DNA of 63,323 nucleotides, filler included, from Sphacelaria rigidula (taxonomy: Eukaryota): the NCBI GenBank assembly GCA_964200075.2. It is 6 parts of 6 records of this genome, joined end to end, with 100 filler letters (N's around TTAATTAATTAA, not from the genome) between each part and the next. Parts side by side here need not be neighbours in the genome. Positions count along the whole stretch, not along the records: positions 42,284 to 52,753 come from CAXNAA020006441.1; positions 52,854 to 63,323 come from CAXNAA020006442.1; 4 more parts are not named here. One strand, given 5' to 3'. How positions within the stretch are numbered: the first letter of the stretch is position 1; every line of letters begins with the position of its first letter. The notes under the pieces were generated by a model. That model saw only the letters and a list, made by a program, of their open reading frames with translations. It ran no database searches and was not told the DNA's origin. Positions 51,155 to 63,323 of this stretch are shown here, piece after piece. A program made the translations under genes and the position numbers.

Positions 51155-52853
51155 TGAGCCTGATTTTTCAGTTTTTCATCAAGTTTGACTCGGCGTTCGA
51201 CGAGGGAAAGGGGCCGCCGAATCTTTCTCGCGGAGAAGACAAAGGCAAAGACAACAGAAGGAAGGTTGAGAGTGTGAGAGAACAATAAAAAATGAGGATG
51301 AAAACACCTGTGTGTTGACCTTTCTCCCGTACGACCCCGATTGATATGTCCACGTATGCCGAAACGTGAAGAGTGGTGTCAATAACAGGTGGGATGTCAA
51401 CACACACACGCGCGCGCGGGGGTGGGGCGGCGGGGCGGCGGGGGGGGGGGTGTAGCTGCTGCGTATGCGGGTATTATGCGTGCGTTTTTTGTAAAAGAAT
51501 GTTCGGTGTTTCTCGCGCATTTTGGGCCCGAGTTTTTTTTGCGGTTGGCTTGGTTTGCGCTGTTTTCTTTGCTCTGTGGCTGGTCCATACTCAGTGTAAT
51601 ATTTATTGTAGTGCTTTAATGTGCGCTTGTTTTTACGGTGTTGTTGGGGTCGGTTGTGGTGTTGGCATTGTTTTTGTGTCGTTGGTGGTGGTCGTACACA
51701 AAATCATGCAACCGAAATGTGGGGAGGGGGCGTTTTTTTACATATTTTCTCTGTTTCCTTGTCATACTCTCAACCTTCGCCCTTATCGGGACGAGTCCGT
51801 AGTGTCGAGAAATCAATATCTTATCCGGTGCACGCCTAATATCGGTATCGTGGATTGAACCAACACTCCCCCAACGCGTCCACCTTTTTTGGTCGAACAT
51901 ATTCTGGTTTGCTACTCACGTCCTCACGTCCTAAACGACGAAATCAGAGACTCCTGAGGGAAGAACCCCTCATATAGAATATATCTGCTTGTATTCGTAC
52001 CCCCCACTCTGCCCTAACCGGTTTTAGGACCTAATAGTAGACCACCATGGTGTGGCGACGGGAAAAGATTCCCTTCCGTGCAGGGTCTTTCTATTCGTGT
52101 GTGAAGGACAAATCGACGAGCAAATCGAAGATAAAGGAGTGTTGTCACATGGGCGAAACGACGGAGTGAGGTAATACGAGCGCTACTGATGGAGGGCCGT
52201 AGGAGCCGGGGCTGCCCCTACTCTGCAACTAACTGTCGTACACCCCATCGTTTCTTCGTCATGACTCGAGAAGAAAAATGCTTGCAATTGGAACAGATTG
52301 AAAGAAGCTGCTTCTCTGGGCAAGTTGCCAACTAAATGTCAACATACCCAGTTTGAATACACAACACACTCTTACACTATACTCTGCTACAAAGCTGCGC
52401 TGTATCCTAACGGCTGCGTGCATTTTACTGACGTGCTCTCCCCTCGAAAGGCGGCAGGCCAGGTGGGCACCAATACTTCGAGCACGCCGTGCGCAAGACA
52501 CGCCATTCACCAGCCCAACAGTCACCTTATGCTCTGTTAGCATCACCGATGTGGTGGACGCAGGAGGGGCGCCGAATAGAGAGTGGGTCGACACCGCAGA
52601 AGGGGGGGGACGCCGCAGTTTAGGGGGATTGGATGTCGCAGTCGGGCGGGACGCTGCAGTGCTCGACAACAGTTTATTGCAGTGTAATGCGTGAGAGGAC
52701 CGCGTGCTTAGAGGACCGCATCGGAAATTTAACATCCCTATGGTGAGGGGCAGNNNNNNNNNNNNNNNNNNNNNNNNNNNNNNNNNNNNNNNNNNNNTTA
52801 ATTAATTAANNNNNNNNNNNNNNNNNNNNNNNNNNNNNNNNNNNNNNNNNNNN

Positions 52854-52910
<57 letters not shown>

Positions 52911-52962
52911 CGTTGTCGTTGTCGTTGTCGTCGTCGTCGTCGTCGTCGTCGCTGTTGTTGTC
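52854..52962. repeat. Compound microsatellite (TGT)n-(TGTCGT)n-(CGT)n
   Basis: Directly visible at the contig start. Confidence 0.95.
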
Positions 52963-53257
52963 GTGTTCTTCGACGTTTTTTTGTCCGAACCAACAACGTT
53001 TGACAGTTGGTGCTTGACCCATCCGGCCGAATGGCCACTGTTAAATCATTCGGCCCGAGAATGGCCATCTTTCGTCACTTTTCCGGGGGGGAAACGGGAG
53101 AAAAAGAACGGCAAGAACGGCAGAACAAAATCTCTTCGTATTAGCTTGCTTCTTGTACGGAGACTCCCGACATCTCTGTTTAAACCATGTTTGTCATATT
53201 ATCACTTCTGTCCAGCACGACAAAGAAAAAAATCAGTCGAATGTGACTATAATCGGA

Positions 53258-53698
53258 AACAGCCGGATCAAAATTCAGGGCGGAGATTTTCATCAAGGAT
53301 TAAACCTAGAAAATGAAAATCTTCGTATCCACACCAATTATAAGAAACATGGTTGTATTTCCTTCACCTACCGGTAGCTATTGACAGCTACTACACGCTA
53401 TACAAACTTGAATTCCTATGACCGACAGTCGGGGTCCTAGGTGTAAAAACATTCTGGGGAACTCAGGTGATCCGAATTGATGACCTGAATTCCCCAGACT
53501 GTTTTTTCGCACCCAAGACCTAGATAATTTGGTTATCTGGATCCAAACTTGTATGGTATGCAGTACTTGTCAATGGTTACAAGTAAATGAAGGAACGCAG
53601 CCATAATTCGAAGAATTGGTGTGGATACGAAATTTTGTTTTTCCCGGGTTATCATCCTCGATGAAAAGCTCCATCCTTAACTCTGATGATCGACTGTT
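53258..53698. mobile_element. Foldback (whole-length palindromic) element, older diverged copy
   Basis: Arms centred near 53475 (ctggggaactcaggt / acctgaattccccag; ttcgtatccacaccaatt / aattggtgtggatacgaa); homologous to 60496-60944. Confidence 0.8.
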
Positions 53699-55840
53699 CG
53701 GCTTCGAAGCATGCAAATTGGGCCATTTCCGACCAGAAGTTGTGTATACAATACATCGCATTCTATGGTCTTGATATATCTTTTCTCGTTCTACGAGCAC
53801 CTCCATGATATCGTCTCTTCACCGATCTTCAATATATAGCATCGTAAGACCCTCAAATCAGGAGATACGACGTGCCCACCATAGCCACCCAGACTTGAAA
53901 GAGAAAATGAAGTATTGTCATCTGTGCCGCACGGAGAATCGAGCAAAGCCATGTCCATTAATTTTGAGGTGCTGTTTCTTTTTCTGTCGCACTTCGAACC
54001 CCTCCCCTTCCTTGGCACAAGCCCATGGTCTCAAGGGATCAACCCATATCTCCTTGTATCTAGGCGGTATATATCCGCATGCAGGCTCATGACGTATTTT
54101 TGCCGGGTCGTATTTTGCTGTACTGGTTCCGACTATTGTTCATATATATATATGTGTGTGTGTGCGTTGTTCACGCTCCCCGCTTTTGTCTGAAACAGGC
54201 AACGTGCGTCTAGGCGGTGCGGGATGTGTCTGACGGTCAAATCGTGGGTCACCTTGGCTGTCCACGGGCTATGGTATATCGTGCTCGGCTCCGAAATGGC
54301 GAGGTTCTGGGGCATGTGAGGACAATGGCTGATTGAGATTGGTCTAGGGTCCAGGGAGGAAGCATGACACTACCTGTATCACGATTCTCTGGGGTGTTTA
54401 TTTGCCCTGTGTGATCGGTATCGCAGGAACGGACTTGTCCTTCACAGGGCAGAAATAATGATTCATCGAACGTTATGTGTATGCATTCTCTAAGAATTGT
54501 TGGAACACATACCACCGACGAGACAGAAAACAACGGGCATTCTACATCCTCCACGTCGACGGTGATGTTTGGTTTGCGATCTGCTGTATTAGGTAGTGAG
54601 TACTCGCTTAACTACTGAATCGGCACCGAACAGATTGTTCGATAGCGACTTGGGCAATCTGAGAACTGGTACGTCCGATCTCTTGACGTTCCACCGCCGT
54701 ACTCTGGCCATTGGATGTGGAATTGCATTCGGGTGTTGTCATCTTCGTGATCATCGCTGCTTCTCTTGGTTCTATCGTGAGGTGATGAAAATGATTGTTT
54801 TGCCCATCCTCGCTCACCATGCTTCCTTCTTCACAAAACGAGGTAGCATTTTATCCACCGAACCACCCAGTCACAAGACCGGACGGGGGCAACATGCCTG
54901 CTTGGCACGTTGGTTGTCGTGAGACGGATACCTACAATCTGAGCTCAGCGACTTGAATGCGGCTTTGGAAATCCAAGACTCGAGAATAGCTCGTGTCAGA
55001 TAGTGCAACTATCGCTACGGCACACTCAATAGAGCGCATCTCGCTGGATGTTGTGCTCTCTGACAAGCTACCTTGAAAACGTGTGGTGACCTACGATGAC
55101 TTTTATACGCCCATGATTGTTGAAAGATCTTCAACGTCCGCCTGGATCTACAGTAGTCACCAAGCGCTGTCTCTAGTAGGCGACGAAGTGTCAGCCCGTC
55201 GTTTTGGGCTATCGATCAGCGTCTTTGACCGAGTAAACGTTTCACGCATGTGTGTGCGTCCCAGTCGTGTCGACATGTATACCCGGATTCACAGAACGCC
55301 ACCCGCCGTCCCGATCTCTCTGATGTATACGGTGCAGCGGATGAAACGAGTAGGCCTGGAGATAGCAGGGCGATGATATTGTGGGCAACTCCAAGTCATA
55401 CCTCCCTCCCCCCATTGATTGAAATTCCGACAAAAATATGGGTGGGGTGATGTACAAAGTGAATGCAGTGGGCGCTCCACAGCGATGTTTTTTCTCAAGG
55501 AAACCACAATGACAAGAGCGTTTAAAACAAATCAGACGACCAAGGAGCCCCGGTGTGGTACGTGAAGCTGACTGTAGCATTCCGTGGTGTATTGTTGCCG
55601 AAGGGGAACTTGAAGTTGGACTGTGCGAAGACGAGCTCAATTTCACTTTTTCTAGCAGATCGAAAGCCAACCTGCGCAAAGCCAAGCTATTAACAATATT
55701 TTGTACAATGAAAACGTCAGGGACGGCGATCCAATACAAACCTCCCAAACAGCGACGAAGGGGGAGGACTAACGTCGATTTTGAACAGGCGGCGCTTGAT
55801 TGCAAAAAACCTTGCACTTGAAGGCAAGGGATGACCGAAC

Positions 55841-57156
55841 AGCCTGGATCCGTTTTTGAGGTTCAACATGTGGGTGAGGGAAAAAGTCGCCATCCAAATT
55901 TCAATTGTTTCATCCTATAGGCTCGGGATATGCAAGCGGTTTCGGCCAAGTAACCCTAACCCAGAAGTTTCTGTACGGCAGCCCAAGCATGATGAGCACT
56001 TCAACAGAAAAGCCACCGTCATTGTGCGGCATGTTTTGAACAGGACGTGCCTTTAAGCGCTGCAGGACACGTAACAAGGCGATGTCCCCGTCGCGCAACT
56101 GCCGACGACGCAAGTATAGTGCTGTCCGTTTGCGTACATGCATATTTTCGAAGTGAAGAGCAGGCAAAATGTAGCAGCGAGGTAGTCGCCTGCTGTGCAG
56201 ACAACAGCGTGAGCTACCGCATCTCTGTAACGTCTACTAAGCTCCTGGCAGCCCCGGGGGGGAAATACAGATGCAGTCAGTTGGGTGAAACGAGCAAAAA
56301 CAAAACTGGACACGCGCAGAACAAGAGATTGTGGAAACTCCCACGCTTGGGGTTGTTTCGCCAGTAGCGCCCATGAGAGGTGCTTCATCCTGTCTGTACC
56401 AGCTATCACGCCTTGCATGGTCACTTTCTTTCCGGCAGAGTTGGGAACTGGTGTCGGGGTGGGCTGCGTCGCTGCATCGGGGTGGTTGCGACCCAGTTTT
56501 TGTTTTGACAACCCGCAGCACATTGGCAGGTGAGGTAGCAAAACTCCAGGACAGACAGCCACCCCCCACCCGCCGTCATTTTCGTACCTTTGCACAACAA
56601 CTACGTATATATGCAGAATATATGCTTTATCACTTACTTGCAGTAGTGCTCAGCATTTCGTAGGAGGAGGTGTGCGGGCGAGACATGGCTCCATTTATCC
56701 CCACCGGGTTGGCGAGCCTACCGCCTGCGAAACCCCCCTCAAAATGCGGTACTGTACAGTGTATGCCCAGGGTCAATTGTACGGTTTTTCGAAATATTCT
56801 CTCCTCTAGGTCCCAAAGGGGGTCTGAGCTGCCTAGCGAAAGTACTGGCACACGCCTTTCAGATATGATTTGTAACAACGGTGGGGGTACTTGGGGAACA
56901 TCGCTCGAAATCCTAACCCCCGCAGGCACGTCCTGCAGCGCTTAAAGGCACGTCCTGTTCAAAACATGCCGCACAATGACGGTGGCTTTTCTGTTGAACT
57001 GCTCATCATGCTTAGGCTGCCGTACAGAAACTTCTGGGTTAGGGTTACTTGGCCGAAACCGCTTGCATATCCCGAGCCTATAGGACGAATCAATTGAAAT
57101 TTGGATGGCGACTTTAAGCTCACCCACATGTTGAACCTCAAAAACGGATCCAGGCT
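55841..57156. mobile_element. Long-TIR element: about 228-bp near-identical TIRs (55841-56068, 56930-57156) around 861 bp of cargo, no transposase
   Basis: Arms are reverse complements with few mismatches; each contains taaccctaaccc; no clear TSD. Confidence 0.88.
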
Positions 57157-59681
57157 ATTTCTGGTTATATCCCGTGTGATCGCAGAAAGTTTTTTTTTTC
57201 TGACCTGAGCGGTTCCACCACAGCCCGCCCCCCGAAACTGTCACGCAGAAAATGGCCATACAGCTCATCATAGTTAGTTCCAGACTTCAATAATCTCCTC
57301 ATGTGAACGACATTGGCCGAGAGGATCTCAAGCGTTTGACCTACCAGCTGCTCCTTATGCCTGTTTTTCATTATTTTGGTTTCGACGTCGAGTTTGCCTC
57401 CTCAAACCAGCGATCTCCCTGGGGGGGCTATCGCGGCATCACTCTCTGATATCATTATCCTGCTGACAGTGCCTCGAACGTTGTGTCTTCTTGAAGATCA
57501 ACCCACGGCCTCAGGGATGTCGCCATTATTCGTATTTCGTGTTTCAGGACCGCATAGGGCATGGGACGGAAAGTAAAAAGTTATATACGCGCATATTTCC
57601 GACCTGTCGACGTGACGAGGAAATTACCTGGACCCAAGTAATGTCATGTGCCACACACAGCAAGCGACTTCTCCTGAAGTGGGTATGTACTCATCGGTCT
57701 CACGTGTTTCGATTTGATCGTATTGACTAGTTGCCAATCAACAACGAGGTGGGACGACAACAGTTTACAGAAATTGCTCTGACCACATGCGAAGGCTTCG
57801 GGGTTCAGGGAACCAATCTGAGCGAGCGAGTCTGAGTCCTTGTTGCTTTTACAGCTTGATTCAGACTTACCAGGTAGGGCAAGATGGCCGAAATCTACTA
57901 TTCCTGCCTCTTTACTACAGGGTTGCTTCGGTCGCCGTTATTTATGGCAGTGATCACGGTGGGCTTAGAGCTGGGGTGGTTCGTAATGCTTGAGGTCGTT
58001 GGCTTCTCGGCCCTGCGTAACAACGCCCTTGGGGGATGGGAACCCGAAGAAACATCCGATATCAACGCGGTGTAAAATGCAATGATGTAGCCATGTTTAC
58101 ACCCGCTGTTGTGTCAGTATTGCGGTGGAATGAGGCCTCCCACCGCCGTCGGCGTCCTCCACCACACGTTCCACGGCGTCCTGTTATCTCGAATTCTCTG
58201 GAAATGGGGAGTGCTGCCGTTTGTTTGCTCTAGTACGTATCAACCATTTTTCCCGTCCGCATGGCAAACCGGTCCCTTATGCACCCCGTAGAAGCAACGG
58301 AAATCCGCCAGATCTCACTTGGTCGCAGTCTCAGCAAGTGTGCGCCTACGTCCCCTCTGCACTTTAAACTTCCCTGTCTTTATCCCCCGGAGATGGCGCG
58401 GTGTGTCTCAGCGGGTTTGTTCACGGAGTCAATACGCCGACCCTGTGGCGCAGCTGGTTGCTCTGAGTTATCGTCGCAGAGCTCGACCACGATATTGATC
58501 AGAGCCAACGGGTAAGCCGGCAGGCCTGACTCCCTGCGTGTATGCGATCGTGCGCGTAGAACGTCCACGTGCGCGTGAAGCGTAAATGGTACTGCCAAGC
58601 ACTCCTGTAGCGACACGACGACAGGAACATGGGGGTCGCCCCTGCCGCAGTGTGACGCTTCAGTGTCTATCGGTGTTGGGTACCGGCGGGGGGTCATCTG
58701 TTCATGGCCTTTATGGACAATATTTGTTCGCAATCTTGGCTATTCATATTTTCTTTGGTCCTGCTGGGAAACCGCGGTGGCCATACGACGGTTGAGCGCA
58801 TGAGCCATGCTTACCAACGTTTTTTTTACGTGGAAACGGTGTTTTCACCGTCAGGTCCTTGCTACAGCACAGGGTACCCGGGGGGCGTACTATCATAATT
58901 TCGGTCCCGGAGAGACTGTACTACGAATTTCCACTTCCCTCACGGCAGTCCGACGAGCTGTTATGATTCTTGGGCGAGCTATTTTTAGGGTTCCGAAACG
59001 TGCCGCCCCTGATGCGCCCATGGTATGCCTTAAACTGAAGCGGGAATGCCCCTGAAATTCCAGAGGAGAACCGACACATGTTGGAAGATGCACAAGAGTT
59101 TTTATTTTAATTTCTGCGTTCGGTGTGATTCTGCGCTCTGTGCAGCTTTCGTGTTGTTGGGGAAATTTTAGGAAGACACCCATTATTGTGGTGGGAAACG
59201 TTTTTTCACACGCAATGAGTGCCGGCATGTCTTCGTAAGCGCATGCGCTGGTTACCTTCCACGGTTGCAGCAAGAGGTCAGGAACTAACTTACTTCATGA
59301 ACATGTTTTCCTGGAGTGTCGAAATTCGAAAGAGGGGAGGGGGTGCACTCATGATCTTGCATGCCGTAGCCAAATGGCCATTGACCTCGCATCCCTACAA
59401 AGCCGGGACGGAGCACGCCGGGTTTTCGCCGGACCAGGCTCGCAATCAATCAACAAGCGCGAAGCGCCATCATGTCTTCATCGAGTCGCCTGAAGGGTGA
59501 CCTGTGTTCGGCTCGAAGCGTACTGATTGTCTTGCATTTGGATGACGACCTCCCATGAATTCCTTCGTTTCGTGGGATCGCCAATTCCAGAGACAGAAAC
59601 GGGCTCCACACTGCCTCATGGATGTCTCAAACAGGGGAATATTAAATACACAACATATCCACTGCGCTTTACAGTCAGCGC

Positions 59682-59770
59682 TGACTGTTTAGCTCAGTGG
59701 ATATGTCGTATATTTAACAAAAGTGCAACCGAGGTTCGATCCCTTCAAGGACCATCTTGACGCCTTTTTC
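59682..59770 (+). mobile_element. tRNA-derived SINE-like head
   Basis: A box TAGCTCAGTGG (59690-59700) and B box GGTTCGATCCC (59733-59743), then oligo-T; stems not intact. Confidence 0.55.
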
Positions 59771-60495
59771 TGCAGAAGGAAATAATCTGAGAAAACGTCT
59801 GGGATACACACCTGAAAGCATGGTAAACATTGCCAGTCGTCAGGATGAAGACATATATTCCCGCCTGTAAGCCGGCGAACCGCTTGGGGGCAGCGTTGAT
59901 TAGAGGGAGAACAACCCTCGGGTAGAAACCGGAGTCCAACAGTCTAAACAGCCGTCGGATCCCGGTTGTACTTTTGTCAGATATACAACAGGGAAGGAGT
60001 AGAGTAGGCTCGGGGTTGACCAGGTACTTGAGATGAGTACGACACGAGAACGTTACCCGCTTATAGTGTAGCATCGGGCAATCACTTGATCTTGGCATGG
60101 CCTACAGCTTACTCAATTCTAGAGCAGGGTTCAAAACGTACTTTGTTCTGGTGTAAGCTATCGACCTCATTTGACTTGTTGTCGCACACTCACTGAACTC
60201 CTGGAGGGATCCAGTCGTGATTACATGACAGATGTACCCGAGGCAAAACAGGACTGAAAGATTCGCTGACAGAAAATGAAGCAAAAGCAAAGGTGGAACA
60301 GGCACAAAGAGTAGACGTTGTAAAACAAAGAACAAAGATAGCTACTGTAGAGAAGGCTGGCCTCTGCAACACAGCTTCAGCCTTCAGGCGGTTAAGGTCT
60401 TGCGCCGAAGCACACGCATTCATACACAATCGAAAAAAAAGGAGAGAGCCGTGGGAACGAATTGCGGCTCATTCGGTCACAATACTTGGGTATGA

Positions 60496-60944
60496 AACAC
60501 GGGATTTTACAAATTGGGTATGGATGTTTCATTGGGGATGAAAACCCAGAAAATTGAAATCTTTGTATCCACACCAAATCTTCGAATTATATTTCCATTT
60601 CTTCCCTTGCTGGTAGCTATCGACAACTACTACGCGCCACACAAATTTCGATCTCGATAACCGAAATATCGGGGTCCTAGATGAAAAAACACTTTTGGCG
60701 TCCGATCGGACACCTATACTCCCCCAAAATTGGTTTTTCACCCAGGACTCCGACATTTCGGTTATCGAAATCAAAATTTATATGGCGTGTAGTAGTTGTC
60801 GATAGCTACCAGCAAGTGAAGAAATGGAAGCATACTTCGAAGATTTGGTGTGCAGACGAAGATTTTAATTATCCAGGTTTTCATCCCCAATAAAACATCC
60901 ATCCCCAATAAAAGATCCGTCCCCAATTTATAAAATCCCGTGTT
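60496..60944. mobile_element. Foldback element, 449 bp, younger copy
   Basis: aacacgggattttacaaattggg / cccaatttataaaatcccgtgtt termini; arms pair to a short central loop near 60700-60720; ATGA on both flanks. Confidence 0.88.
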
Positions 60945-63323
60945 ATGAGCTCTCGCCCATGACCCCTACGGAAGCGAGGCATCAACCTGCCACTGGTACG
61001 CACCGGGAGGAGAAAACCGAAGAGGAAGTAGAGACTACGGGAGTGATGACGCTCAAGGACACCGTGCAGTAGAGCAGATACAGACACGTGAACCAAGGAA
61101 CACCGCGAAACCATCGACCAAGGACAAGATGAACAACCAATAGAAAACGACAACGGCACATCGCTTTCCATGTTTTCCCAGCTTCCCCTGTTCATCCCTA
61201 GTCGGGAACAAAACGGTTCATTTTCTCAGTCACTTTCATCCTCGATTCCTCGCGAGCTGTTGCTGTTGATGTGCCAGCGGTGGCAGCCCTCCGATCGGCG
61301 GCTCTCGACGCAGTAGCTTCTCGATTGTGGCGGACGTCCGATTCGCGTTTGTCTTCGCGTCGCCACGTGTCCTCAAACTCTTCCAGATTGGAAGAAGACA
61401 AATACACCGCAAGGTACGCAACATTGAGAGGGTTCCAACTCCTATCCGAGAGATCAACAGAGGCTGAAAAAATGCTTCGCATCTGCGTTGCCCAGCAAAG
61501 GCACCACCTCAATGGGCGATTTCTTCACGTGATATAGTAGGCGTGTGTCGATCACTTGAGTACAGTTTGTGGGACGTGAAATGCCTGTCTTAAAATATGA
61601 ATCGTATTGAAGGAATCATGCATTGTTGATACCATCCGGTTACCGTCTGAAACTGCGGTGACGGGCTTGCCAATCAACTTGCAAGTATTGTCTCGGGGGC
61701 ATTTCGGCGGAATTCCACATACATGTTGTTCCGTGCGTTATCTGTCTTGCATCACGTGTACATGCTAGAGGCCAGGGATACAAGACCAGAGCGTCACGCC
61801 AAGAGAACGCCAGACATTGTCGAACAGGGAAAAGATGGGACACTCTTGCAAGTTCTTTCGCGGCAGAACGTTTACTGGTGGACAGGATAATGAAATATGC
61901 GTGCAAGCTACTGCTGCCGACCAATGAGTTATGAGCGGTAGCTGTATGCATGTGTGTCAGTAATCCTCTAAAAAAATGTGTGTGTATGTGTATGTGTTTT
62001 TTTCCTACCTTTTGCAAATTATGGGACGCGCTCTGCTGTCACAGGAGCTGAACGGCATAGTACCTCGTACCTTGGATATACTCATGTTGTACACGGTAAG
62101 AAATAGTGTTGTACAGTTTTTTCTAGCGGCGGCTGTGTGTATGTATTACGGCTCCCCTATTATTCTGCTGCTTCGCCCCCGGTATGGTTCTATAATGTGG
62201 CATCAAAGCAAAAAGTTGTTGATGAGATCCTACCTTGCTATATACGCCAGTGTATACTGCGTGTAGGATTATATTGTGTTCAGCTTGCTCTATATTTTAA
62301 CTCCCCGTTTCCTGCAGCCGCCCTTGGTTTTCCGATCTCCTTGTCATCATATGCATGTCTTTGGTGGGGGCGAAGAGTGGCAAGGGGTGGTCGCCGTGCC
62401 ACTTCATGTTGTGTATGCCCATTTTCAAACTGCAGCATTGCACAAAAAAAGTAAATTATCGTGTCCTTCATCCTTCACCTCTCATTCGTGATAGATTTTG
62501 CAGAAAACATGTTTTTTTGCGGTCCGTGGCAGCTAACTCAGGTGGGATAACAGTGTCCCGTGGAGTAGAGAGAGGTCACCCTCCACTATCTCCCTTCCCA
62601 AATCAGATTCCAATCTTTGCAGCACAAAGAAGCTGCATCCAGCCTCTTCTGCTCACTCAGCCCGAGTACTCAAGACGGAGGAACACGATGGAGTGAACAC
62701 TGAGGACCTCCCATCACAAGTCATTGGCTCACCCGCGGCCATGCCTCGCCTAAAAGAAGATTATCTTCGAAAATAAGGTTTAACATCAAGATGAGTTTAA
62801 ACCCCGAAACCGTGCTTTCTCTGACCGAACGTCATGACGAATGACTTTCATATACACGGCCCCATGCCGCGCGACCCCTCTGAAGCTATTTTTCGAGGGT
62901 TTTCCGTCTTCCGTTACCCCAAAGGTTAATTACGAATACGCCTTCTCCCCTCGATTTCGCGGTACAAAAAGGCAAGTGTTTAGCCCGATAAGGATGCATG
63001 CTTTCGCGCATACCTTTTGGGGGAACGGAAGACGGGGAACCCCCAAAATCAGTTTCATGGAGATCGGGGGGCGTGAGATCGTCCATATGGAGGTCATCAG
63101 TCATTACTTTGTGCATGTGTTGACGTCCCTTCTATTCTGGACGCCGGTCTATACCTTCCGGTATAAGTGGGTGCATCAGCCGGGGTCACACAGAAGGAGG
63201 GTCAACACAGGAGCTTTTTTTTCTTTTTTCTTTTTGGTGCCCCACCTTTCTTCTGCGGTGCCGCTTGTCTTTCTTTTTTATCGCGAAAGGGGTTCAGCAG
63301 TCCCTTTCCCTCGTCGACCGTTG

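Noticed and set aside
52798..53068. Poly-Q or poly-N protein
   Set aside because: Translation of a microsatellite running into the N spacer
53791..55821. ORFs 53791-54018 and 55242-55817 (and 61198-61537) as genes
   Set aside because: No recognisable motifs or consistent splice structure; cannot be supported without a search
59682..59760. Functional tRNA genes here and at 45185-45257
   Set aside because: A and B boxes are present, but acceptor and anticodon stems do not pair; treated as SINE-like relics

Overview
Eukaryotic, transposon-rich DNA. The long introns, TTAGGG-type motifs and near-even GC are consistent with a brown alga or other stramenopile (inference). The window is not one locus. 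It is six contigs of 10471, 10471, 10471, 10470, 10470 and 10470 bp joined by artificial 100-bp spacers (44N-TTAATTAATTAA-44N), so adjacency across spacers is meaningless. Contig 1 (1-10471) holds a spliced, disabled PIF/Harbinger transposase (+) lying head-to-head with an unrecognised 4-exon gene (-). Two of that gene's three introns appear to begin with GA rather than GT. Contig 2 is a decayed Ty3/Gypsy gag-pol with three precisely definable nested insertions. Contig 3 has two diverged copies of an unknown coding repeat, MITEs, a palindromic minisatellite and two host exons. Contig 4 is a complete chromodomain-bearing Gypsy element (both LTRs, PBS, PPT, 4-bp TSD). Contig 5 has an RFT1-like exon, the last two exons of an EF-hand gene and a MITE nest. 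Contig 6 has foldback and long-TIR elements and a tRNA-derived SINE-like head. No intact rRNA, tRNA or CRISPR array was found.
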